Part shown: positions 40,301 through 52,029 of the stretch, piece by piece
How the letters are laid out: the number at the start of each line of letters is the position of its first letter
Numbering within the stretch: the first letter of the stretch is position 1
DNA from: Antedon mediterranea
Taxonomy: Eukaryota > Animalia > Echinodermata
Length of the DNA stretch: 64,000 nt
Reading direction: 5' to 3'
Assembly: GCF_964355755.1 (NCBI RefSeq)
Contig: NC_092672.1
Coordinates: 17,621,237 to 17,685,236 of the forward strand
Notes under the pieces: generated by a model
The model's database searches: none
Told to the model about the DNA's origin: nothing
What the model saw: the letters and a program-made list of their open reading frames with translations, nothing else
Translations under genes and position numbers: made by a program

Positions 40301-40633
40301 CTTGCAGACAGAAGATACAAGTAGAAAAAGAATATGCTAAAAATACCACTCCTAAAAAAGAGTGGTTTCCTTTCACTCTTTTATGAGTTGATTATTTTCA
40401 CTCTTTTTGAAAGAGTGGGTCACTTTCACTCTTTTATGAGTGTATTATTTCCACTCTTGTTAAAAGAGTGATGAAAATGTTCACTCTTTTTAGAGTTGGT
40501 TTCACTCATTTTAGAGTGATTTGGTGACCACTCTTTTTTTCACTCCAAAACGAGTTGTCCCTCAGTTAACTCTTTGAAAGAGTGGAAGTTCACTCTAGTT
40601 TGAGTGGTTTCTCACTCTGTTACATTAAGAGAG
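37387..40633. mobile_element. Non-autonomous CMC/EnSpm-like DNA transposon (3.25 kb)
   Basis: TIR CTCTCTTAATGTAA / TTACATTAAGAGAG with TA duplicated. Dense subterminal CACTC/GAGTG repeats at both ends. It cleanly interrupts the LINE. Confidence 0.8.
37707..40110 (+). pseudogene. Spliced SAMD3-like accessory gene carried by the EnSpm-like element
   Basis: Exon-like blocks with canonical splice sites: 37707-37770 (MEEFLHQIFGEQDQHLIRIFN), ~38553-38660, 39139-39234, and 39804-40110 (QPFILALG..FFIIVD..QAIDRLFK.HY.FNV..FLEGLLYEI, with frameshifts). Confidence 0.6.
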
Positions 40634-42879
40634 TACTTGCGCAAACAAGCTCAAATCACCTTGGATAACTGAAGGTATAGCCAAGTCAATCAAAACCAGG
40701 CAAAAGCTGTATGCTAGATATAAAGCTTCGTCATCACCTTCACATTGGAAAAAATATTGTTGTTATAGAAACAAACTAAATATTATTAGATACAGTAAAC
40801 AAGAGCACTATAACAAAGTATTTGGTAAATGTAAAGGTGATATGAAAAGTACATGGCGCGAAATCAATAATGTAATGGGTAGAAAAAGAAAAAAATTCAT
40901 TCCCAGATAAACTAATAAATGGTCAATGTGAATATACTAATGACAAAGAAAAGGCCAAAGCTTTTAATTCATTTTATAAAATATTGCAAATTCTTTTTCG
41001 AATACTCCATTCAATGGCAATGTTCAACCTTACAATGATTTCCTTTAGGGTAATTTTCCTTCATCATTATTTTTCAAACCTGTATGTGAACAAGAATTAG
41101 TAACATACATCAATAATTTAAAATCAACAGTCCATATACCAAAGATATGTACATTGGCATTCGCTATACCACTAACTTTCATAATGAACATGTCTTTAGT
41201 AAAGAGTGTGGTTCCAAATGTAATAAAAATTGCGAAAGTTGTACCCATCCATAAAGGTGGTGAGGTCTCAAATATCAATAACTATAGGTTCATCTCCATC
41301 TTGCCAACTATTTCAAAACTACTTGAAAGAATAGTCTATGATCAAACTATTTCATTTCTTACAAAGTTTAACATTCTCAGCAATTCTCAGTTTGGTTTTC
41401 GTTCACAACATTCTACAATACATGCCGTCCATAATATTTTGTCTGCTATTGATAATAAACAATTTACTGTAGGAGTTTTTATTGACCTGTCAAAGGCTTT
41501 TGATTGTATTTCTCATGATATTTTAATTAATAAGCTACGTTTCTATGGTATAAGAGGTGTACCACTTCGTGGTTTGAAAACTATTTAAGTAACAGACATA
41601 AAATAATATACATCAATCAATGATATTGCCTCTGAGCTGTGGCCAGTTTCGTGTGGTGTGCCACAGGGATCCATCCTTGGTCCGCTTTTATTTCTGTTAT
41701 TTATCAATGATTTAAATTATTTAAGTGACTGTGCTGAAATTGTTATGTTTGCAGATGATACTTTATTTATTAATCATAAGGACATTTACTACCAAGCTAT
41801 TAATTTAATGAATCGTGAACTTAATAAAATTGCAAACTGGTTACAATCTAATAAGCTTTTGTTAAATATTCAAAAGACCAGATTTATTATTTTTCGTTCA
41901 GTAAATAAACCAATTCCTCTTAACATTCCTAAATTATATTACGGCATCAGTGAAATTGAATGAACTAAAGCAACAACATTTCTTGGCATTTTTATTGATG
42001 AATACTTATCTTTTACTTCTCATATTAATTCAATTTCATTAAAACTATCAAGAGTGTATGGTAGGTGTCCTTAATAAACCTAAACATGCCTTGCCTTCCT
42101 CCGTTTTACTATTAATTTATAAATCACTTTTTTTGTCTCATTTAATTTATATTTATGTATAACCGTTGTTTTACTTAAAAAATTAATTTAAACCGTATTT
42201 ATATTTTGCAAAAAAAGAGCTTTCAGATCAGTTTATAATGTACATTACCTCCACAATTCAGCTTCTCTTTTTGTTTTATCTAATACACTTAATATGTACG
42301 ACTTACAGAAAATGCTGCTTTATTTATGTTTAAGTTCAAACATAATCAACTGCCCAGGATTTTTTATACTTATTTTCAAACTTTAAGTTCAGTTCATAAT
42401 TATAATACCAGAGAACAAAATTAGATTATGCTTATGATTGTTTAAATATGGAGGTTGGCAAGAATGATATTACTTTTCAAGGACCCAAAATATGGGACAC
42501 TCTACCAGAAGAACCCAAAATTATTAATTTTATATCCTGTTTTAAGTCCAAATTACATGAATACCTTATTTCTACTATTATTGTTTTTTTTCTCTTTTGT
42601 GGCGCAAACACCACTTTTATTCACATTCATATTATCTCATATTACATAAAATCGTATTATTTAACTTGTAAATGTCGTTACAGTTCATAAGTAACATTTT
42701 TACATATATGAATTCTGTATTACTCCTTTTTTCATTAATTTTCGTATATTTTGTTATACACTTGACAGGATCATCATTGTCATCTATCCCGTTTTAAAAT
42801 AGTTCACACATTTTCATTTGTTTGTTTTCATTTTACAACCCGGATTATACAATATATTTATATACATGATAAAAAAAAC

Positions 42880-44375
42880 AATAATAACTCAGTACCACCA
42901 GTAACCCGTATCACTGTAATTCTTTTTTGGTTAATCGTATCAAATTAGAAATTATATTATCATAATCTTATTTCTTAAAGCTACCCATTTTTCTATACTT
43001 GTTTCTTTATTGTTATATGTTTCACATTCAATGTTATATAACATATTGCTTTTAAATGAATTCCATAAAGATTTACCCACTGGCTTATTTAGTGCAGATA
43101 ACATTTTTATTCTATAAATAGTAAATGCTGCAAAAGTGTAAATATAATCTATTAGCTTATCTCCCGTTCCTAGTATTAATTGTTTAAATGATATATTATT
43201 GTGATTTAAACTTACAAAGATACTAAGCATTTTCCTCCAATATTTCTGAATTAAATCTACAACTAAAAAACAAATGATTTTCATTTTCAATTTCTCCACA
43301 TTTGTCACACGTTTGTGTTTCCTTAACTTTCCACTGATACAGCCGTTTGTTGGTAGGCAGTATTCTATGTAACATCTTATAATTGAATTGTGCTAGTTTC
43401 TTATCTTTCATTTTACATACTTTCCGTAACCAAGAAGTTTTCCAATCAATGTTGTTATCATTGAAGTACTCTTCCCATTTTAGTTGTGACATTGGAATAA
43501 TGAAATATTCTTTCACAAACCATGAGTATATTAGTTTGGTAGTATTAATCTCATACTTGGTCCCAACTAATTCATCATTATCATCACAATTGAAAATATC
43601 TACCTCCTTAATAATACGTTTCCATTGAATTGGTATTGCCTTAATAATGCACAAATACTCATTTAACCAGTTTGTTTTACATTGTAGTTTCACCAGTATT
43701 TCGTTTGATGTTAAAAAAGTGTTCTTATTAACAATGTCTTTAATACTGATAATGCCACTGTCAATCCAATGCTTGTAGAAAAGCGATTTTTTTTTTAGTT
43801 TAACGTAGTGGTTTCCCCACAGTTGCTCATTCATTATATCGTTATAAGTTTCAGGGTTTTTTTTAGAGATTCTGTTATAATTTATGTAGGCTTTTATCAT
43901 ATTTTTGTAAAACAGTGGAATTTTATCAGAATTAACATCAATAATGTTATAACATGACATATTAAGTAAAACATTAACATCACATATTTTTTTAATATAA
44001 TACATTGGAATATTTTTCCATTTAGCACCATCATCATTCATAATTCTTTTTAACCAGCCACACATGAGTGCGTTAACATGAAGAGTAAAATCAGGCATTT
44101 TAATGCCTCCCATCTCAACATCACCAATTAGAGTTTTTCTTTTTATCTTTTCCCTTTTATTGTTCCAAATAAAATTATATATTAGATTTGTAACTTGTGT
44201 ATATACATATTTTGGAACATCAGTGATATTTGCAGCATATGTTAATTTAGATAGTGCAAGAATTTTCAGGATTATTATTCTACCAAAAATTGAGAGATTT
44301 CTAGCATTCCATTGTTTTAAAGTCTTTTCTAGCTCTATTAATTTAACATCCCAGTTTTTTCTGGTACATTCTTCT
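42880..44375 (-). mobile_element. L1/Tx1-clade LINE, 3' part of ORF2
   Basis: W.ARNLSIFGRIII.KILALSKL, FIW, GGIKMPDF, LWGN, FYKHWIDSGI, QFNYKMLHRILPTN, CDKC..E.ENHLFFSC. Confidence 0.9.
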
Positions 44376-45258
44376 GTATTATTATTACTATTATTGTTTA
44401 AGTTAATAATATATCTGTTTTAAGTTAAATTATAACTGCATTCGTTTAAGTTAAATGCCTTTTTTGTTCATTATCATGTTACTTACCTTACTTAATGTTG
44501 CCCAGACCCCACATTTTAAAGCTAGCTTCCAGTGGGGTACCCATTTTCTCATTTTTTATTTATTATTTTAGAAAATGTTAACTGTATTTTGTTTTTATTT
44601 GAGAATAAATTATTATTGATTGATATTGATTGATTGATTTTGGGTACGATTTGACCACTTAAAAAGGAACCATTAAAAACTCCGCCTTCTAATTTGCATG
44701 TTAAAACGTTCTATCTCACGCTTGAGTAGGCTCAGCACACAAAATTAATTTTGTCAATACAAAATTAATTTTGTCAACACAAAACGAATAAATAGACACG
44801 ATGATTTATGTAGTCAACTAAAATTAGCACCCTGGAAATTTGGCCTCTTCCAAAAGATAAATTGTCATAAAATGAGTCCAAATTTTTGATTTGGACTACC
44901 AAATTTGGGTTTTGTATTTAAGGGTTGAGGGATGGGGAAGAGGATACAAAGAGGTATTGTTAAATAAATATTCTTTATCCAGTCAGTAACGAAATATTGT
45001 TTCATGTTTTATAGGCCTATAAATAATATACCACTAAATACAGTAAAACATTTGCGATTTAATACTTTGTTAAAACTATCCCTGTTATAGTCGATTGAAA
45101 TAGTAAAGTATGAAACGATACATCACTACGACGTTTATATTGTTTATAACTATTCATTAATACAAACGTTGAGAAACAACTTCCAGTAATAAATTCGTAT
45201 GTTATGTGTTTATATTTCTAACAGTAGAGCCTATCCACAACCACAGTATTAAAGTTTA

Positions 45259-46357
45259 TTACCTCCGCTAAGGAGGTTATATTTTCACCCCTGTATGTTT
45301 GTGTGTGTGTGTCTGTGAACAGCCTGGAGGCCACAGTTTTTAGCCGATTCTCACCAAATTTGGTAACAAAGATCTATTCCCCAAAAGTTCGGACGAGTTC
45401 GAGGGGGAAAGGTCATAGGTCAAGGTCACAACTAACAAAAAAATATTTTACTTGTATTAAGATAAATTATATAAAATTAATAGGATTAAAAAGGCTTCTT
45501 AGGGAAAAATTTAACAATTTAATGATATGTGAAATTAAAAAAACAGTTTTGCCAGATATTCCATTTCACATAAAAGTACTCTTTCAACAAAGAAAGGGAT
45601 GTCGTATTTTTTATGATGTTTTAAATAACTCAATGTTTAAATCATGGAAAGCACAAAAGAAATGGGCAGAAAATAAATTTGTATTCAATAACGAACAATG
45701 GAAAACAATCTACCTAGCTCCACATACGTGTACAATGAATATTGCTTTAATATATTTTCAATATAAAATTGTAAATAGAATAATTGCAACAAATGAACAA
45801 TTATTTAAAATGAATATAAAAGAAACTTCAATGTGCTCATTTGGAGATGGTAAAATTGAAACCATTCAGCATTTGTTCTGTAATTGTCCAATAGTAAAAA
45901 GGATATGGAACCTCCTCCAGGAAAAAATTTCAGAAAAAACTGGAGTGCAATTTATTTTTAGTAAAGAGAGCATAATTTTCGGATACCAAGATGCGCATCA
46001 GTTTTTTAATTTAAAAGCCATTAATGCAATTATTCTAATTGTAAAATCATTTATTTATAAATGTAAACTAGTTAAATGTAAGCCAACTATCAAAATGGTT
46101 ATGAACGAGTTAAAAAGGTTTTATGAAACAGAAAAATTTATTTATCATCAGAATTTTGAGGACAGTATTTTTAATAGAAAATGGATAAAATTAGAAGAAT
46201 TTATAAATCAAATATAAAATGGTTTATAGAGTAGAATAATTTTTATGAACCTTTATTTAATTTGTTAGATGGATATCTTTGTTGTTTTTGTTTGTTGCTT
46301 TTTATTTTAATTTTTTATTTGATTATGTTTTTCCTTTGTAATGTATTATATGATGAA

Positions 46358-46394
<37 letters not shown>

Positions 46395-46700
46395 TTTACT
46401 GCCTAGAGACCACAGTTTTTATCCGATTCTCACCAAACTTAGCCACAATGATCAATGACTCATCATATAATTGTGGTTACATTTTGAAGGGTCAGGGTCA
46501 AAAATCAATGTCCACAAAAAAATTTTTTTAAAAACCTCAGCGGGACTTGAAGCAGCGATCTCAACTGCGAGAGGCTGGATACATAACCATTACACCAAAC
46601 GCTCATCCACAAGTTTGTAGTGTGCAGTTAGCCTATTTACACTTAAAACTAATAAAAACAAGCCCGAATGTGCGATACTCGGAGTAGAGCAAAAGAAGCT
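45259..46700 (+). mobile_element. Helentron-like element (ttacctccgctaaggaggt family) interrupted by a LINE
   Basis: Same 5' hairpin as 7430 and shared internal motif acataaccattacaccaaac. The 3' end is uncertain. Confidence 0.5.
45453..46390 (+). mobile_element. 5'-truncated L1/Tx1-clade LINE with poly(A) and TSD
   Basis: Open frame FQYKIVNRIIATN..ETIQHLFCNC..KSFIYKCK..KW. Poly(A) at about 46360-46391. TSD aaaaaaatattttact ends at 45452 and 46400. Confidence 0.9.
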
Positions 46701-46879
46701 GTAATGACGTCATAAGACCGGATGTAACGTCACACATACACATCAATAACCTGGCTACCAAATACCATCTTCGAGACGTGATATGGCTGCATCCGGTTTG
46801 AAATTAAAAAATCTATAGATTTGAGGACATGCCCCTGTAGTATATTTATGCCAAATCCCAGCTCAATACTACAACGAAT

Positions 46880-48300
46880 TAGGTGGGCAGATTATGGCCA
46901 AAAAGTCCTCTAGAAAAGGATGAGGTAGCAATGGAAGTACTACCGGCTAATTTTTATATTTTTAGAAAATATAGGTCTTGGAAAGGCCACAATTCAAAAT
47001 GACCCAGAATCCCTTTGGGGGAACATGTCCAAATCGCATAATCAAAATGGCCGCCATTTTTTACATAAGAATTATGGTTTTAGGATAATTTAACATTGCT
47101 TTTCTCCAAAACTACTAGTCACCAATAATCATTGAAACCTGCTAAAAACATACTCTGGTATTAGAAAGCGAATAAAACCATTTAAAAAAATAAAATATCC
47201 ATTCGCCATAGCAACCGTTGCTATGCATATTTGTACATTACAGATTTTACACAGAATTTTTCCGTAAAATGGGACAAAGTTTTTATTTAAATTAATAAAC
47301 ATTGTATTTTTTATCAATTTTCAAATAAAAACTATCTACTAGTATTTTTAAATATAGTCAAAATAAAATTTTTTTTAATAACATAACAACAATCCATTTT
47401 TCCTTTCCATAGCTACAGAGTAAAATTACAAATTGTACAGCTAGTTTCATTCTATATAAATAAAAATCATCTGAAATAATGAGCAAAAGCATAATAATCG
47501 CAATATTTTCGATTAAGTATGATTTTTTTTAATGATTTTCATTATTTACAAAGTTACCATCCCCAAATTATACTATGCGCCCTCTACATAGTTTTAAGAT
47601 GAAGGCTTATGATTGGTTGAAAGTTGGAAAGCGTAACCAGGAAGTAACAGCAATGCTGGCCTGGAACAATTGGCCTAGCTAGGCCTACATTAATCTTGTT
47701 TTTTAATATTTATACTAAAATAAGTTGTGTTTAAAGGCAAGTAAATCAATTGTTACCTTTCTATTATTAATTATGATTATTAAAAGTTTAAATTAGTTAT
47801 CTTGTAATTCTTAGGCCCTTCTGTTATTAAAGTATTCCTTTAGGCTAGGCCTAATCTAGGCCTAGGCAATTTAAGCTAGGCCTAGACTGACTTACATTGT
47901 GTTCGGTAGCCTTCGCATTGGCTAAGTAGTATTTATTCTCTCAAATAAAAAGTTTATTAACTTGACGATAATCTTGTAATGCTAGGCTTCAGGGGTGCTT
48001 AGTAATATAGTATGTTAGCCTAGATCATGCTTCAGTGTCAAACATAGCAGTTTTTTAAAAGATCGATTTAGATGTACATGAATTGATTTGACAAAGTAAG
48101 ATCTAAATATAAAATAATAAAAAGTGAAAACTTTTTTTTCCTTGAACAAACAATTAATAACCCACTGAAACTGAATAATATCTATAGTTAGCATACAAGT
48201 AATGTGTTATTATATTTTTCTCCAACAGAAATTATATTTAAACACCGTGGTACAGAACATTCTTTTAAGAAAATACTTAGTAAAGTATAACAGTTGAGGT
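46880..48300 (+). mobile_element. Putative left end / 5' region of the Academ element
   Basis: Candidate TAG terminus (TAGGTGGGCAGATTATGGCC), palindrome catagcaaccgttgctatg and acceptor-like ttctccaacag at about 48228. No matching right TIR found. Confidence 0.3.
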
Positions 48301-49359
48301 TAGTGACAGAGAATTGACTTTCAACATAACAAACAAAGGATTAAGTACTTTCCTTAACTCTTGCGACGAGCGTCAGGATGACGTGGCCGAAAGGGTCAAA
48401 CATATTCGGAATACCAACCAATATCAAATATAAAATTCCACTTTCAGGGTAGGTCATCATATACAGATATTATATCCGGAAGCGTGCACTTGCGCAAAGA
48501 AACGGCATATCTCGAGAAGAGTCCGCATTATTTTCATGGGATGAACAGTGTTTCATATGTGGTAAGCCCGAAAATAAAAAGAAGTGTGTATTTTTAACAA
48601 AAGTAAATGTGAAGCCAAAAGAGGTACGTCACAAAATATTAGAAATTGCCAGTGAAATTAATGACACTGCTGTCATACAGCGTCTTTCTTTTCATGAGGA
48701 TATTTTTGTTTTAAATGCAAAATATCACAAGCGATGTTATCAAACATACACATGTAAACGTAACATACAAACAAAAACACACACACTAAACATTAAGGCG
48801 GAAAACAATGTAGATAGCTTAGTTAAATCAACTTTTCAACATTTTAAACCTGTTTTAGATAATGGTAATATTGTTCTTTTATGTGACATGCGAAATTTCT
48901 ACAATGAATGTCTTGTGAATAGTGATTCACATGTAAAGACACCGATAAGATCATTTTTTATAATTTAATCAAAAGTTGATGAAATTGTATGGTGATGAAT
49001 TGACATTTTATAGTCAAAAAGGGTCAGCAGATGTTGTATGTAAAAGTTCAATGATGTCTATAGGACATGTACTGAAAGAAATCCAAAATATTGAAACTGG
49101 AACTGATGCCAACATTAGTGCAGATTGGGATGAGAATGAGGATCACATTCTTTACAAAGCTGCTAGCATTCTTCGTAGAGATATAGAGAACATCGATCCA
49201 ACAACACACTATCCAACTGCAGATGAAGTTCATCTTGAAACATCTGCTACTTTCCTTCTACACACACTGCGACGATTCCTCCAGTTGTTATGTGACAAAC
49301 AAGCATTTGAATCATTAAATGAAAACCATGTGTCTCCGTATGAGATTAGACGTAGGTAT

Positions 49360-49795
49360 ATATATAATGTGAAATGTGTTTTATTTAGAACATATTGTGT
49401 AAATATGTATTGTGCTACATTATGGTGCAACTATAATCAAGGTACCTTGCGATCTCTCCAGGTATGCTACAATAATGGTTTAAGAATGTTGTTGCAAAGG
49501 CCTCGACATTGCAGTGCCAGCCTCATGTTTACGGAATGTAGAATTCCCTCTTTTTATAAATTGTTAAGAATATCAATATATGGCCTGATGTGTAGACTTA
49601 ATGCAAGCAAAAATATTTTAATCTCAACGATTATAAGCAATGTCTTAGTTAAGTCGAAGATGCTCTCCAGATGGAATGCCATCCTGAGATGAGTAGTAGT
49701 AATTTTGTTTATTTTATTTATTTCATTTATATGTAATTTACTTTCTATGGACCAGAGTTTCCGAAATAAAAGATTGAATGAATGAATGAATGAAT
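49360..49795 (+). mobile_element. LINE 3' fragment with (GAAT)n tail inserted in the Academ gene
   Basis: VKCVLFRTYCVNMYCATLW..LQVCYNNGLRMLL..CSASLMF, then AATAAA and (GAAT)n. Confidence 0.8.
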
Positions 49796-50216
49796 TACTA
49801 TAGAGCCCCTTTCTCACAGATGTGCCTGCAATATACCGGTATTATGCTGGCGTCGTGCCGATATCGTTACCGGCATATACCCATTCTCATCGGACTATCG
49901 TGCCGGAAATATAACCGATATATACCGACTTTCTGAGAGAAAGGAGTCGGGCATATTCGGCCAATAAAAAGTCTCTGACAAAATTATTGAGGGCGTCCTT
50001 TATTGTTATTATTTTTGTCTAGCGATATATGGCGGCGAATTTTAAGTTACAGATTATCTTCCTTTATATAGCATATATTTATGCAATACATGCTATGTAC
50101 AGTATATTGTGCATATATTATACAGGTAGAGCAATTAATTAGCCGTTCCTTTAGAAGGCTGTACAATTTACAAGGCGACGAAGGGTCAGGCACCAACAAA
50201 GAGCTATGCCATAGCC

Positions 50217-51049
50217 GGGATATGACCGGTTGGGCCGCCGACAAGTTGAGCCGCCGGTAATTTCTATGAAACGCCCAGTGCGTCTTTTACGACATTTCGC
50301 GTAGTGATAGAGGGGTGTCCTAGTACATAAGTTCATGGTCTTTAGGTTTATGGTGTCATGAAAATAAATAATAATTACATACTATAATTTTGTTGGTTTG
50401 AACCGCCATAACAACACAGCAAAGGAAAGTAGTCATATTTAATAATTTAATTGTTTTTAATCTTTCAAATCTTTCAAATTCTTTCAAGTCCAGTGCACTC
50501 CATAATATTTTTCTCGCGTAAAATCATGTTGTCTCTCAGGACTAATAATAGAGTATTGATACTCTTCGAATGAGGTTAAATAATTATTATTTTTTATCTA
50601 CTATCTTTTAATATCATATTTTATTGAATTTTACAATGTTAATACACAAAATATTTTACTAAAAAACGGTGATTTTATGCAATTATTTTACCGAAAAATG
50701 GAGTAGGCCTAGTTCATACAACTGCCGCCTAAAGGGGGCAACATGTTTACGTCATTTTTGGCTAAAAACGATCATTTTCGGTCACGTTTTAGGCCTTATA
50801 TTTTGGAATCTACAAGTCAGATATTCATAATTATTTCTCTTTAATTATAATATTTAATAATATATACTAAAAACCGTGATATATAAACTTTGGAATATAC
50901 ATCGTTATATCTAATAATTAATATAAATAGAACTTCTATTAAATAAATAGAAACGAGCACCGGCGAAAGTAAGCATTTGGCGTTTCATAGAAAATAACGT
51001 TTTTCTGGCGGCGGCTCAACTTGTCGGCGGCTCAACTTGGCCTAATCCC
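50217..51049. mobile_element. Nested TIR MITE with 7-8-bp TSD
   Basis: gccgccgacaagttgagccgcc / ggcggctcaacttgtcggcggc. (C)CATAGCC is duplicated on both sides. Confidence 0.75.
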
Positions 51050-51383
51050 CATAGCCTAGGCCTATTTATAGATTATGCTACAAATTTCTTCTTGTCCCCT
51101 TATTTTAAGCAGCTCTCTTATCTCATTATCCCTCCAGTTCGACATTATTATTGTTAATTGAATTGAATCGGCGCCAAAGTGATACACTTGACCGCGCAAG
51201 GTGGCAAAGCCTCGACGAGGAATTAAATATAACCCCGGAGGAATAATAACGGCGTTACGTTTTCACAGAATGCCCGTCTGGAATTGCGGGGAATATCCCT
51301 AGAATATTACTAGGTCTAAAGCAGGTCATGTCGATGCCGGCATCACAGAAAACCATACCGGCAAGGTAATGGTCCCGCAATAT

Positions 51384-52029
51384 CAGGCCCGTAGCCAGGG
51401 GGGGGGGGGGTTTATGGTTCGGGCGAACCCCCCCTTTTACAGCGAACCCCTGTAGAGGATTATAGTGAATATTAATATTTTACACTATAATATCTATGGT
51501 ATCAAGTACTGTAGTTCACATTATGGCATCCGATTATTTTTTTCTAGACCACCAGCCGATACGTACTAAAATGTATCAATATCACCTATTTACATATTTA
51601 TATTCCTCAACAAATTTCTGTAAATAAATATTATAGATAGAGCTAGCAAATAGCATTTGCCTTCGCCCAGTGTGCTTTTTTCGGGGCTGCTCCTAGATAT
51701 ACGTTCGCATTGAACTTGAACGCAAAACAAAATACGGAGTAAATGATCAAACAATCGGCGGTTCCGCACAGAGCACGCGCATCTAACATACGGCAACAAA
51801 TAGTTATCGTCATTTAAATTATCGACGTGTTTGAGGAGGAGGAAAAAAGTACGATCTTTTTGCTCATTGGTTATATATAGCATGCTGCACGAGAGTGTCT
51901 TTTCCGGCCATCTAGGGGTGTCATTTAACAAAATTCGCTTCGCATCAGGCTGGGGGAGGGGGGTGGTGGGGTTTGACCCAAATATTTAGTGTCTGAACCC
52001 CCCCTTGACAGATCCTGGCTACGGCCCTG
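51384..52029. mobile_element. Nested TIR MITE (CAGG.CCGTAGCCAGG termini, poly-G)
   Basis: CAGGCCCGTAGCCAGG ... CCTGGCTACGGCCCTG with AATAT duplicated. Confidence 0.75.

Larger units (their letters stand above)
36500..42700 (+). mobile_element. Near full-length decayed L2/CR1-group LINE ORF2 (APE endonuclease + RT), split by a DNA transposon
   Basis: LNCRSL..LTETW..GLIYRSP..DFNINLL..PTRIT..IDNIY..SDHFP (36560-37380). PWIT, AKVVPIHKGG..NYR.ISILP, FIDLSKAFD, GVPQGSILGPLLFLLFINDL, FADDT (40640-41960). Many frameshifts. Confidence 0.9.

Noticed and set aside
45303-46217. 304-aa ORF as a host gene
   Set aside because: The N-terminus is Helentron sequence, and the rest is a truncated Tx1 ORF2 bounded by a TSD and poly(A).
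48976-49692. 238-aa ORF as a single gene
   Set aside because: It is a chance in-frame fusion of the Academ N-terminal region with an inserted LINE 3' fragment at about 49360.
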